A DNA stretch of 64,000 bases from the NCBI GenBank assembly GCA_030704615.1, contig CM060734.1, positions 36,332,001-36,396,000 of the forward strand, in the 5' to 3' direction. This stretch comes from Takakia lepidozioides (lineage: Eukaryota > Plantae > Bryophyta). The notes below the pieces were generated by a model that worked only from the letters and a program-made list of their open reading frames with translations, searched no databases and was not told the DNA's origin. Positions 12,782 through 23,889 of the stretch are shown here, piece after piece. The position numbers were made by a program, and so were the translations under genes. How positions within the stretch are numbered: the first letter of the stretch is position 1; each line of letters begins with the position of its first letter.

Positions 12782-13600
12782 TGGATGTTTGCAACAGTGT
12801 TCGTTGACGCACACTGTTTGAGCTGCCACGTAAGTCTGCATTGAACCTCAAATACATGCCCTATGTGGCCGATTTTCACATGAAAAAAATAAAGACATGT
12901 TGGGGTCAAAAAGTGTGCGTTGACGCACACTGTTTGAGCTGCCACGTAAGTGTGTATTGAGGCTAAAAGAGATGTTCTATGTGGCCGATTTTCATATAAA
13001 AAAAAACAATGACATGGTGGGCTGGAACAGTGTGCGTTGACGCACACTGTTTGAGCTGACATGTAAGTCTACATTGAATCTCAAATACATGCCATATGTG
13101 GCCAATTTTCACATGAAAAAAACAATGACAAGTTGGGCTCAAACAGTTTGCGTTGACGCACACTATTTGAGCTGCCACGTAAGTGTGCATTGAAGCTCAA
13201 AGAGATGCCCTATGTGGCCGATTTTGAGATTAAAAATATAATGACATGGTGGGCTCAAAAAGTGTGCATTGACGCACGCTGCTGGAGCTACCACGTAAGT
13301 GTTTATTGAAGCTCAAAGAGATGCCCTATGTGGCCGATTTTCACATGAAAAAAAACAATGACAAGGTGGGCTCAAATAGTGTGCGTTGACGCACACTGCT
13401 GGAGCTGCCAGGTAAGTGTGCATTGAACAACAAAGAGATGCCCTATAAGGCCGATTTCCAAATGAAAAAAAGAATGACAAGGTGGGCTCAAACAGTGTGC
13501 GTTGACACACACTGCTAGAGCTGCAAGGTAAGTGTGCATTGAAGCTCAAAAAGATACCCTATGAGGCCGATTCCAAATGAAAAAAACAATGACAAGGTGC
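9570..13600. repeat. Tandem array of about 35 monomers of ~118 bp, each with a 36-bp palindrome; higher-order structure present
   Basis: Consensus core GCTCAAACAGTGTGCGT-TG-ACGCACACTGTTTGAGC (17-bp arms). The same monomer variant recurs at 10776, 11481, 12047 and 12613. Confidence 0.95.
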
Positions 13601-13953
13601 ACAACACAACCTCATTACATTCGGGGTCTTCCTGTTTACTGCTCTCTAGGGTTGTTGTCGTCTTTCCATAATTGATGGTTTCATGTCATGTTTAGGGTTT
13701 GTTTTTCATCCAAATACAACACGGCTTCTTGTGGCTTCTTGTCACCCTAAACAGTTTTTCTGGTTGGTGTCTCTCAGTGTGGTTGTCTGCGAAGTTCGGT
13801 GCATGTCATTCCTACATCCTTTGCAGGCATCGCCCACAGTCTTTGGGTTAGTGCTAACCTTATTGACCTCAGTTTGTTTGTGGTGGATCCCCTTTTGAGA
13901 ATTACGGGCTATCAGTTCGGGGATTCCGTTGTGAATCGCAATTTTTGGTCAGT

Positions 13954-15150
13954 GGAGGAAAACATGTCGAGGGAGCAAGATAGACTCGCTCGATTTCATT
14001 CCAATGCAGGTAGTCTTCCACTGACTACCACTACAGACGACAATGGGTTTGCAGTTGTTCATGAGGATGAGCTGGTTACAGTGTTCCCGCTGGAATTGGG
14101 TTCTCTGCTTGTTCAAAAAGAGGTGTATGACAAGGATGGAATTTGGATTCTGGGCACTTGGAGAAACCATTGGTTGGCGAGTGTGGAAGGAAGTGGAGAG
14201 TCCTTCCAGGCACATCCTGTGTCCTTGGAAAAGAGAGAAGACAATCAGCAGGATCAGTAGTTACCCCTGGCACTGCAGCATCAGTCGTGCAGCAGAAGGG
14301 CACAGTTCATGTGAAACAAGAGGTGAGCACATCCACTACATTCGTGACTCTTTCAGACTCGTCCTCGGAGGATGTTTCTGAGATTCCTCCGCCAGTGCAG
14401 ACTCCCATCTTGGATGATGACGAATTGCAGGAGATAACGAGTGTCATTCCGAAATTGAAAGCCCTCGCAGGGGTGCCTGGGTGCAAGAGCGAGCTGCGTT
14501 TTGTTGATTGGGAGTCCCTTCGTGTGCAGCGGGTTCAATACGTGCCAACAAAGTTTGATGGGGACATCTTGTTTGAGCTCAACCCTCCCACGTCTTCCAG
14601 TGGACTGGCTAGGCTTCTGCAAGGCATGGACAAGAAATATGACGGACACCCTTGGTGCATGACAAAAACATCGAACATCCAAAACGACATTGGATTGAAA
14701 TTTCGAAGGTCGGTTTGCGTTGGGCATTGCAAGTGCGTGAATATTTCTTGCCCTCGGCTGAGAAACAGCGCTAATCGGCTGATGACGAATCGGGTGCAAA
14801 TCACAAATGCAAGATGGAATCGGCTAGAATTTTGCAGGCTCGGGTGACTCGTATCACCGAAGTCCCTGCCCGGGGTATGGACGGATTTACACAGTGTTGT
14901 CTATTGGCTCAATTTTTCATGGCAAAGAATATCAGGTTACCGTGGGGAATTTCCCTAAATGCACTTGTCCGGATTTTGTAACGATGCGTGAGGGCGCTCT
15001 CGGCATGAGAGGGAAGTGGATCCTCTGCAAGCATCAATATTACATATACCTTGTAATTATGTGTTGCGATGGTAAGAGAGACCAATTCATTCACCAAGCC
15101 ACACTAGGCTACGGAGAAGTCATCACCCTTCTTGCAGCGGGACACCTCAC
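13954..15150 (+). pseudogene. GCM/WRKY-like zinc domain plus SWIM finger protein; Mutator-like transposase remnant, internally deleted
   Basis: DGHPWCMTKTSN...FRRSVCVGHCKCVNISC resembles the GCM fold. After a junction near 14770 comes YQVTVGNFPKCTCPDF...CKHQYY (SWIM, CxC-xn-CxH). Frameshifts near 14170, 14770 and 14875. No DDE core is visible. Confidence 0.6.
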
Positions 15151-15674
15151 GTGGGGCTCCGCCAAATTCTCTTTGAACACATACGAGCCATGCCCGCTTC
15201 CCATGCTGGTTTCCAGGTTACCGTGTGAAGACTTTGCATTTATGACAAACACGTACATTTCGTTCACGGAACCAGGGCAAATGCACATGCCATTCATTGT
15301 AAGCGTCTATCTGTGAATTCAAATAAAGTGTGTCAATCATTCTGAGCTCAAATCTGCCATATTTTCATATTCCTCTTTTTGTGCAGGCATTGCAGACACG
15401 GTGCATGGTGGCCCCCTTTGTTTTGTCCACGGTAATAGGCCCTCTTCCTACAATCCTCGCCTATAGGACCTGCTTCTCAAGCAGATTTGTGCCGCTCACG
15501 CTTCCCTGAAGTGTGAGCTCAGCTCACGCTTTGCAGCTTCAACGTGAGCTCAGCTCCCAGGCTCACGGGGCTGGGCTCACGCCGTAGCTACGCTGGTGAG
15601 TGTGCATGCGGGGGAGGGCAGTGGGGTAACAAAGGAGCAGGGGAAGGAGGCTACAAAGAAGGGAGAGGGTGGGG

Positions 15675-16666
15675 ATGGCCTTGGCGATACAGGACGTGGA
15701 GTTGGCAAAGATCGTGGTGCCACCGGTGGAGGTGAATCGCCATGGTGACCCCTGCGGTGCGTTTTGGGAGGCTATGAAAAAGCCAGCCTTCGAATTCGCG
15801 TTGAGGTGGTTCCCTTTGCACATCGAGTGGGTTGATCAGCACTTTGGCGCGAAGCGGGCGTTATATGCCCGTGAGTTAGACCGCCGGTTTCTGGGCAATT
15901 GGAGTGACACAAGGGTGATGGAGATGGTGGGGCGAAACTTGAAGGACAGGAGGTACCGTGCTAGACAGATCATTCGAAGGGCAATGGAAAAGGGGGCCAT
16001 ACCCAAACCACCTTATGGAATTACACAGGTTGGCAAATCCTGAATCATGTCACCTTCCATTTGTCGCATGTGCATTGATGAGGTGGATTCGATGCAACGT
16101 ATGTGTGTAATTCACTAATTGTTTGGGGGGGGGGGTTGCATAGGTATCGTGGGATGCACTCATTGCGGGAGAGACTGATGCCGCAAACAAGGCCAAATTT
16201 GACCGGTCATGCGAAGCAACAACAGTCTGCCTTGACAAGCACGAATCCACACACAAGTGGGGCGCCGGCGGATCCAAGGGTTTTATCTTGTGATTTGTAA
16301 GTCGTACTTCCCTATGGATTTTGTTATGTCTTCTTTCTGGCTCCATCATCGCGAAGAACTGACTTTAATTTGTGGCATGTGTAGGAACGCGTGTTTGAGA
16401 GGAAGCCATCTCCGGTAGAGTACAACTACTCCAAAGAGCATGGTTGGCAATCCCTCATGAAGAACATGGCCAACACAGAGGGGATGAGTGCACTACAGGG
16501 CACTAGTATGGATGAGGTCGAGGGTCATGCCCAAGGATTGGATGAGAGCTCTGTGGGACTTAGGGGAATGCCGCCTCATTTACGTGCTCTGGCAAAGGGC
16601 GCGGAGTCATCAGGCTCATCGGATAGCTCTGAGTCCTCCACTGAGGATGAGGATGAGGATGACTAG
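15675..16666 (+). pseudogene. CACTA accessory (Transposase_24/TnpA-like) gene, three exons, decayed
   Basis: Exons at about 15675-16028, 16144-16276 and 16385-16666 with GT-AG borders. Spliced product includes PPYGITQVSWDAL...HKWGAGGSKGF...ERKPSPVE and an acidic tail. Lies inside a CACTA right end. Confidence 0.55.
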
Positions 16667-16829
16667 TCCTAGTCCATGTAGGTCCCAGGGTCAGCCTACT
16701 GATTGTGAGCTTTTCAGCTCATTTCCTGTAAATATATTTCCATATTTCCATCTTCCATCTTATTCATGTGTCGCACAATCCTCACCCTCGATTCATGCTT
16801 GCTCAATTAATTACCTGCTAAATCAGAGA

Positions 16830-17583
16830 AATGGAACTGTAAGGTCTCCCATCCCCAAATACAAAACCAGACAAAAAACAAAAAACCACCCCCAATTCAT
16901 CCCCAAAATCAACCCCCAATCCCCCCCCACCAGGCTGCCCTCGCGACTACAGCATGTCGCCAATGACGACCTGTTTTTTGGGTGGGGGTCGCAAGCAGCG
17001 ACGATTGGGCATCGCAAACCCCATTTGCGGGCGGCAACGCCCGACACCCCTTGCGACGTGTTTTTTAGTCCGGGGGTCGCAAGCCGCGATGCCCGAGCGT
17101 TGCGGAGACCGCCCTGCCTGCCACTGCGCCACGTTTTTTTGCTTTTTTTGCCACGCCCAATATTCGCTTGTAGCGACGCACGGGCATCGCTTGGCGTACC
17201 ACCCGGCTTACGCCACATGTTTTTGGGTTTTAAGATGGGACTCCCGGGCAGGTTAGGGGAAAAAAAAAAAAAAAAAACACGACGCCGCGCCGGCGCCCCC
17301 ACCATCGTCATCGGCTGGAGGGCCACAACGGCGAGACGTTGCGCGAAGAGGCTCCTGCCATCGGCGCAGACGGCCTGAAAAAACCGACGTCCGGCAGTCG
17401 CGAGAGTTGAGGCGGGGGCTCGCGACCCCCATAAAATGCGACGTCATTTTGGCGACGCCCTTGCAACTGCAAAGCGACGGCCGGGCGTCGCAAATTCTGC
17501 GCCTGCCGCGTGCCCGAAAAGGGCGTTTTCCCGACGCTGCAGCGTGGTGCGGGCGTCGCAAAGGCCCCCATTTCCCTGTAGTG
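16830..17583 (+). mobile_element. CACTA right terminus with GCGAC/GTCGC subterminal repeats
   Basis: Ends ...ccccatttccctGTAGTG at 17583 (reverse complement CACTACAGGGAAATG). Many gcgac/gtcgc motifs in 16940-17560. No matching left end found. Confidence 0.7.
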
Positions 17584-18080
17584 AGAGGACAAGAGATGGT
17601 GAATGAGACTTCACAAGGTATATAGGTACCTTTGATCGCCTCCAACATGACTTGAAGGTAATCAACACAAAGATAGAAGAGGTCAAGTGTGAGAAAGAAG
17701 TCTTGGAAACGCAGGTGAACCAAATGCAAGCAGGACAGGGTATGTGCACTTGGCCACAACCAATTGCCAACCTCTTGAGCCCCCCAACTACAAGCTGATC
17801 AAGCCTTGCCTTGTATGTAACGAGTGGTATAGTTGCAACAATATTCTGGTTGCAAGCTGTGGTCACACGTACCATCCTTTTTGCATGTCAGTTCATATTC
17901 AAGAATCTGATGTCTGCAAGGCTGAACACTGTAGGAAAACTTTTGCCCTTGATTGGTGGACTTCATTTGGTTATCGTCTAGTTCCAGAGGCAGTTTTCAA
18001 ACTACAAGATGGCTCAAGGGAGCCCCACCCAAAGGAGGCCTGGTTGGAGATGAAGAAAGACATAGCATGCAAGTTGACAA
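17584..18080 (+). pseudogene. Coiled-coil plus RING-H2 protein fragment, 5'-truncated
   Basis: CLVC...CGHTYHPFC...CKAEHC. An upstream heptad-like stretch LQHDLKVINTKIEEVKCEKEVLETQVNQ is in another frame. GT donor at 18081. Confidence 0.65.
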
Positions 18081-18204
18081 GTAAGATATTATGGCCACAA
18101 TACCTTCCCTCCTCCATGGGCCTCTCATCTATTTGTCAGTTTACCAATATGTTTTGTACACTGATGAGTGAGGGTCATGAATGCAATATGAACATGACAT
18201 GAGC

Positions 18205-18357
18205 GAGTTGTGAATGTAAATTGTCTATCTCCTATCATGAGTTATGAACCAAACTCATAGAAACAGACCGAAGTCATGATGAACAAGCTGTGAATGTGAA
18301 TTAACTATCTCATGTCATGAGTTCTGAACCAAACTCATTGAAACTGACCCAAGTCAA
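18205..18357. repeat. ~82-bp tandem duplication
   Basis: tgtgaatgt..ctatctc..tcatgagtt.tgaaccaaactcat occurs twice. Confidence 0.6.
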
Positions 18358-18544
18358 CTTTCATAGTGGAAAATACTGACATGATCTTTCCTAGCTAGCT
18401 CATGACAGTATGTCAGAAAGCATGACAAATCCAGTCATTGTTCCTGCAAATGGATCACTAATCTTGGCCATTAGTCTTTCATCATGGTAGTGTGCCATGA
18501 TTCATGATCTAATAACTTGACAATTGATGTACTGTGAGTTCATC

Positions 18545-21500
18545 CACCAGTAATGGCGGTCACTTCATTTCAAGATAAAAGCTGGCGGTCGCTTCATTTC
18601 TAAAATAATCAAAATAAAATATCCCTCCCCCCCCCCCCCCCTCCCAATTCCTCACTCCACGCGCAGGACAGACCTTGTATAAGCGACCACCACCTTCGCA
18701 GTCGCTTCATTTTAAAAAAAAAAACGACCGCCAGTAATGGCGATCGCCCCATTTTCAAAAATAAAAAAATAAACGCAACCGCCAGAAATGGCGGTCGCTG
18801 CATTTTTAAAAATAACCATTAGAGCGACTGTCAGAAATGGCGGTCGGGGAGAATGATTGGGAGTTATATGCCCCCCCTCATTCCTTGCTCCACGCGCAGG
18901 GCAGACCTCGTAGAAACGACCGCCAGCTTGGTGGTCGCTTCATTTAAATAAAAATGAATGCACAGTTGGAAGCATGGCACAATTGTTCTTCATTCCACAA
19001 GCAAATCACCGAACACAAACATGAGCAAGTGACGGTGCCTTTGGCCGACATTTTGGCTGGTATACATATGGGAAACATCTTTTATTTTTCAACACGTATA
19101 CAACAGCAATAAAAATACTCATAGTGACAATGATCACATTGATATTACTTCACTACAGAAATATAAACATGTCCACTAAAATGTGCTGATGCATGCCTAC
19201 AGCTGTTTTGCTTCAATTCCTTCTACTGCTTCGACGGCGGTTTAATGCTCCGATGGGTTGAAATCTGGGTCACCCTCGACTTCACCACCGTTGCCGTGAT
19301 CAGTGTTGGAATCGTCCTCCCTATCCGACCTCATATGTCCAGGTCTTTGAATCTGCAAGCGACCTCGAACCACATTTAGTTATCTCTGAGGTCGACTCCC
19401 ACTCCGGTCTTGAATACCATCTATGGTATCTGGCCTGTTTGTGGGCCGATCGCATATAAAAGGTTGGACTGTTTTCTGTCGTTTATGGACTTGGGACGCA
19501 ATTAAAGGTGGTCTCGAAGGAGGTGCCAAGGGAGGACTGCCCGAGATGGACCGACATTAGATGGTCCGGCATGTGATGAACCACAGATCTGTTGCGCAAC
19601 ACGTCGGTTAAGGTGGAATTGTAGTGACAGTCATCATCCAAGGCTTCAACTTCCGTCTGGTCCAATGCAGCAGAATGATGCGTGCGTATGGAAAACAGAT
19701 CAACCCTGTTGCTCTTTAATGCCTGCTGTGTTGATGGGGAGATGGTGAGCTGGATCGGTTTTGGCATTGTGATGGAGCTGGTCGTATCGGTGAGGCAGGA
19801 TCCCGTTCCATCGACTGTACAATGGGTTCGACATGTTCGTTTGTATGAATAGGGTTGCGTACGTCGATCGGTCCTGGCAGTACATCACCCATAAGTTCCA
19901 TTGGGGCACTACCGGTGGCTTCAGCGTGTAGTGGGGGACGAGGGTCGACCTCAACTTCATTTTGAGGACCATGTTCTGGGGATGACATAATTGCAGCTTC
20001 ACCTTCATTTGCGATATGCACTTCTTCAAGAAGGTCATCAAAGGTCGGATGGATATAAACATAATCATCTGTGAATATAAACGGGTCATGTGCATTTTCA
20101 GGAGCATCATCGGATCATTCTTTACTATCGGAGGCAGATGATTCCCTCTAAGATGATTCTCTCTAAGGCTCAGTATCGTCACTCATCGAATCAGTATCAG
20201 AAGCAGAGTCTTCAGAATGCAAATTCCTTTCATACCATGCTGCAGCATCATCCGCTGTCCTGTCACGTAACAGTCGGCAATTGGTATACACATACACTAA
20301 TTTGTCAGCCCTCGCGGGATTCAATCTGTTGCGAATCTTGTTGTGAACAAATAAGTAACTGCTCCAATTGCGTTTGCAACATGAGGCAGAGCACACTTGA
20401 ACAAGAGGAGCCAATGTTCTTGCTCCAGCTCCAATTAGATCCCACCATTCATGTGACAACATATTGAGTTCTTTTGGATCCGGCATGTCCTCAAAATGGT
20501 CGCGGCGATCTGAGAAGCATTAGTACCAGTGACACTGACAGTGTTCGGGATTGTCGTATACCAAAGGCTCCATTCCTCCCTCATCTTCACCCAATATCCA
20601 CTTCCCTGGGAGCTAGCGATGCAAACAACAAAAAACAGTTACCTATAAATGAACGTGTTGTGAATGTAGAGTGCAATGCGATAGCCCAACACTTCTACAC
20701 CTGTCAGCGACCCAAGTGGATTGATGTAGATTGTAGTGTTGAGCTTATACACAATCTGCTGAAGTGGCTTTGGTGGAAGCCACAACGGCAAAAGGTACGC
20801 ACCCTCCTTTTGGGCTACACTTTCGTTCAATGGAAGAGAACATCCAAAGCAACCTCAAGTGTTTGCGTAAAAAGAAGTGAGGAGCTTGGTGACCCTCCTC
20901 CCTTAAATATGATCCAAGAATGATGAAAGTGAAATGAAAGTGAAATGAATAAATGACGAACCAATAGCGCCCACCCGAAAAAGACTGTACAACCATATTT
21001 GTTGTAATTTTAAAATTAAGCGACCGCTAATACTACAGTCGTTATTTTTATTTTTTATGAAAAATAAGCGACCGCCTCTACTGCGGTCGCTTTTATTTCC
21101 TTTCATTTTGTGTAATATTGCGGTCACTTCTATTTTGTATATTTTTAAATTTAAGCGACTGCCCGTATGACGGTCGCTATTGTTTTTTATTTCAAAATGT
21201 AATGCCCGATCGCTTCATTTGTTAATATATTTTAAATAAAACAACCGCCAATATGGTAGTCGCTTTTATTTTTAATATTTTTAAAAAAACGTGAGCGCCA
21301 GTAAGGCGGTCGCTTTTAATCTTTATATTTTCAAGTTTAAGCAACCTCCAAGCTGGCGGTTGCTTAAACTTAATATATGTTTCAAAATTGACGCGACCGT
21401 CGGTTTGGTGGTCGCAAATATTGTATTGTCTTAAAACAAGCGACCACCGGTGTGGCGGTCGCTTTTATTTTCATATGTTGCTTGTTTTTTCATATAATTT

Positions 21501-22218
21501 TAAATTTACCGACCGCCATATGGCAGTTGTTTGTTTTTTTTTTTTTAAAAAAAATTAAGTGACCGCCCAATGGCGGTCGTTGTTTCTTTTAATATTTTTG
21601 AAATTATCCGACCGCCACATGGCGGTCGCTTGTTCTGTACATATTTACAAAATTGTGCGACCGCCAATACGGCAGTCGCTTGTTTAAAAAAAAAATTAAG
21701 CGACCGTCAATCTTGTTTTTAAAAAAATAAAAAATTGAAGCGATCGCCAAGATAGCGATCGCTATTTGTTTTTTTAATTTGAAAAATAAAGCGACCGCTA
21801 GTTTGACCGCCAATCTTGCTTTTAAAAAAAAAACAATTGAAGCGACCGCCAATATGGTGGTCGCTATTTCTTTTTTTTATTTCGAAAAATAAAGCGACCG
21901 ACAGTGCGACCGCCAATCTTGCTTTTTTTTTTAAAAATTGAAGCGACCGCCAATACGGCGGTCGCTATTTCTTTTTTAATTTCGAAAAACAAAACGACAG
22001 TCATAATTGGCGGTCGCGTTCATTTTGTTAATTTTCAAAATGTATTTACTACCGCGACCGTGTTGGCGACGTGACTGCTTAAGTGGCAGTATTTTACCTG
22101 CTACTATTTTTACCAGAATATTCCCCGAACCTGACGTGACGGAGGTCCCGTCAGCGTCAGGTCTGACGTGACCTGACGCTGACGGACGGACGGACAGACG
22201 TGACCCTGATAACTGGCT
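18545..22218 (-). mobile_element. Partial inverted copy of the 23701-31774 TIR element
   Basis: GCGACCGCC-N5-GGCGGTCGC arrays at 18545-18945 and 21015-22020. Terminus tgataactggctc is followed by TAA at 22219. 20700-22218 is the reverse complement of 23701-25176. Confidence 0.75.
19200..20490 (-). pseudogene. hAT transposase 3' remnant (dimerisation domain plus acidic tail)
   Basis: EWWDLIG...CSASCCKRNWSSYLFVHNKIRNRLNPARADKLVYVYTN is a typical hAT C-terminal dimerisation motif (ORF 20163..20486). Confidence 0.85.
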
Positions 22219-23015
22219 CTAAGGGAAGTAAAATAAAGAGACTTCCTTCTCTTTCGTATCGGGGAATGAACCCTCTCCAGCTTGACTACCTCTCTCCCAC
22301 AAAGTGCGGAAACAAGAAAGACAAAGTGACTCTCGATTTCTTGCGGAGTTGCGTGCATTAGGGATTGTCCATAGAAGCATCGGATTCTATCTTGTATGAC
22401 CGTTACACAAATGTCATTCCCTCATTAGTGCACCTGCCAGCCATTACTGGACAGCTGTTCGTCTGCAATGTAGTTTTCGAAGCCTGACGTGTGTCGCCCA
22501 AAATGAACGAGGGGTCGTTTTTTTTAAGGGTTTCATTAATTGAATATAACAGCGTCAGTACATTACAAATCAAAAATTGGTTGGTCTGACTGCTCCTAGA
22601 GAATTATCCGGAATATGCCTATGTTCAAACTATGGGGTCATCTGGCGCACAAACTCAGACAAACATATATAAGTAAACGAGTAATTGTTGACAAATTTCG
22701 AGATATCATACACATTCATCCTTGTAAACCTCCCCCATGTTCGTTTCAAAGTGTGGATTTTACAGGTGTGCATGATCAATCATACTGTTATTAAGATGCA
22801 TTTACTTCAGTTGCTATCCCACCCTCAAATCCTTTGGCACGCTTCTGAGAAGTCGGCTGGTTTTTTATGTTAATTGATGACGATCTCAATAAAGGTTTAA
22901 CAGCTGTCGAAATTACTCGTAAGGAAACTCCGTTAACATGGCCCACAAAAAATTGAAATTAAATGGGATGGCGGCATGTCAGGAAGAGCTTGCCAGAGGC
23001 AAGGAATAACAAAAT

Positions 23016-23699
23016 GTGCACAACCATCGTATACTTCCTCCGCGATTTCCTCTGCGCATGTCTTTCGCAGTTGTTCTCGAATATGTCTTGGCGACCCGGT
23101 TTGAGCTACAAAATGAGATAATTTTATTGGAGAAAGAAATTTACGGTTCTGACGGGAAGTTGTTGATATACTCATTCCAGAACCGTGATGAGACAGCTCT
23201 TGCCAGACAGTGGAGAGTCCGGCCTGGGAGATACAAGGTCTTTGTGGAGCCTCGACGAAAGTCCCTTGGATCATATGTTACTCCAGGGACAGCTATTTCT
23301 GTGGTTCAAGACAAAATGGATTTTGTAGTGAAAAAAGAGGAAACAACCTCCGCTCCCATCGTCGAGCTTTCGGATTCATCAGATGAAGGCATCATTGAAA
23401 TCACTACTAACATGCATCCTCATGTAGTTGTGCAAGACGATGTTCAGAAGATCTCCAATGTCATTCCAAAACTGCGGGCAATGGGGAGGATGTCTGGTTT
23501 CAAAAGTGAGTTACGGGGAATTCGTTGGGACACTTTCAATATTGTGTTTGTGAAATATCTTCCAGAGATGTTTGATGGGGATATCTTTTTTGAGCTCCAT
23601 CCTCCATCTCATATTGGAGGTATTTCAAACCTGATACATGGTATAGACAAGAGACATGATGGACACCCATGGTGTAGGACAAAAACGTCGAATATTTAA
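23016..23699 (+). pseudogene. Second GCM-like protein copy, 3'-truncated at a transposon terminus
   Basis: FDGDIFFELHPP...DKRHDGHPWCRTKTSNI aligns with 14143..14847. It stops exactly where the TIR at 23701 begins. Confidence 0.7.
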
Positions 23700-23889
23700 A
23701 AGCCCGGTTATCAGCGTCACGTCCGTCCGTCAGCGTCAGATCACGTCAGACCTTACGCTGACGAGACCTCCGTCACGTCAGGTTCGGAGAATATTCTGGT
23801 AAAAATAGTAGCAGATAAAATACTGCCACTTAAGCAGTCACGTCGCCGACACGGTGGTGGTGACAAATACATTTTGAAAATTAACAAAA

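Noticed and set aside
9635-13549. Numerous Cys/His-rich ORFs (CVNAHC repeats)
   Set aside because: They are translations of the tandem array on both strands, broken by variable A-runs.
9570-13600. CRISPR array (36-bp palindromic repeat at regular spacing)
   Set aside because: The intervening ~80-bp segments are homologous to each other and repeat in blocks rather than being unique spacers. There are no cas genes and the context is eukaryotic.
16488-17378. 296-aa ORF
   Set aside because: It runs through GC-rich CACTA subterminal repeats, where stop codons are scarce by composition.
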